Shown: positions 63,432 through 64,000 of the stretch, one piece after another
Numbering within the stretch: the first letter of the stretch is position 1
Layout of the letters: each line of letters begins with the position of its first letter
DNA from: Candidatus Marinacidobacterales bacterium
GTDB taxonomy: Bacteria; Acidobacteriota; Vicinamibacteria; Marinacidobacterales; DATDRI01
Reading direction: 5' to 3'
Length of the DNA: 64,000 nt
NCBI GenBank assembly: GCA_965219415.1
Contig: CBDCNP010000002.1
Span: 256,001 to 320,000 of the forward strand
The notes under the pieces: generated by a model
What the model was told of the DNA's origin: nothing
The model's database searches: none
The model's input: only the letters and a program-made list of their open reading frames with translations
Translations under genes and position numbers: made by a program

Positions 63432-64000
63432 CTAGGGTTCAGTGAATGAAAAAAACTCGCTCGTATTGACCAACGCCCACAAGACATCTTGGTACGCCTG
63501 CCGGCGACTCTCCCCTTCGCGGATTAGCCGCCCGACATCCGTTCTCTCCGCGGGGCTCGGGTATCTGGCGAGGGTGCGGAGAAAGAGCTCCTTCACGACG
63601 ACTCCCTGCTCCGGCGGGAAATCGCGCCCGCGGCGCGCGCCCTTCGACCCGGCGCCCCTGCTCATTCTCGTGAGAGGTCCATTCAGCATGGCGAGCGCCT
63701 GCGGGATCGTCCCTTGCGCGACATCCTCATCGCTCACCGTGTCGGTATCGAACAAAAAGACGAAGCGGCGAAAGAACCGGTCCTTGTTTTCTCGGAACTC
63801 CGGCGACCGAGCGTGCCGCTCTAGTTTGAGGAGCGTAACCAGGGAGTTGAAGAGTTGTTCCGGCGACATCCGCCGCAATGAAGATGCGGCGAACAGCTCA
63901 CGCTCTGGCGGCTCACCGTGGTACTCCGAAGAGAGCCGATACGTTCGCGTTCCGGTAAGGACTCGAAAGAGGCGACGCAGGTCGTAGCCGTGAGAGCTGA
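63432..64000 (-). CDS. DUF1553 (PSD1)-type protein, 5' part outside the window
   Basis: The frame is open to the window edge: HGYDLRRLFR...TY.LSS, RRMSPEQL, QAL.MLN, LFLRTLARYP, D.LWALVNTSEF. Confidence 0.85.
   Translation of the reverse strand, partial: SSHGYDLRRLFRVLTGTRTYRLSSEYHGEPPERELFAASSLRRMSPEQLFNSLVTLLKLERHARSPEFRENKDRFFRRFVFLFDTDTVSDEDVAQGTIPQALAMLNGPLTRMSRGAGSKGARRGRDFPPEQGVVVKELFLRTLARYPSPAERTDVGRLIREGESRRQAYQDVLWALVNTSEFFSFTEP

Noticed and set aside
1649-63487. Mass pseudogenisation, suggested by more than 15 frameshifted genes
   Set aside because: Nearly all are single-base indels, many in short runs, with both halves well conserved and no in-frame stops. ISL3 copies differ by lone G indels. 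This fits long-read consensus error; polishing would decide.
62134-64000. DUF1501/DUF1553 pair as a new system
   Set aside because: The pairing is common and known, and it is cut by the window edge.
1-64000. CRISPR array, rRNA, tRNA, and long antisense ORFs such as 5188-6057, 33285-34154 and 49896-51035
   Set aside because: No regularly spaced repeats or RNA gene signatures were seen. The antisense ORFs are shadows of real genes, as expected at high GC.

Overview
GC-rich bacterial chromosome segment. Its gene content (duplicated orphan ABC permease, wHTH-PD40 regulator, CHAT, DUF4388-like, ECF sigma, DUF1501/DUF1553) suggests Acidobacteriota, which is an inference. About 40 host genes are present, including a hut cluster, CotH kinase, HtrA, a Lol-like ABC exporter and GT-C-like membrane proteins. 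There are eight IS copies, each with its own target-site duplication: three ISL3, four IS256-family of three types, and one IS3. Three of them form a nested stack at 25.1-29.2 kb. Many genes carry single-base frameshifts that look like long-read errors. Several abrupt junctions (hutU, 4.2 kb, 40.07 kb, 59.2 kb) are either deletion scars or mis-assemblies. The best novelty candidate is a single-ORF fusion of ATL, Cys-less Ada-like and 2OG-Fe(II) oxygenase domains, a probable alkylation-repair protein (31645-32841). Other candidates are an ISL3 with a conserved -1 slippery site and a derived variant that bypasses it, a 62-bp duplication around a small palindrome, and a structured intergenic repeat with compensatory changes. 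No rRNA, tRNA or CRISPR array was seen. All family calls come from motif recognition by eye, not database searches.
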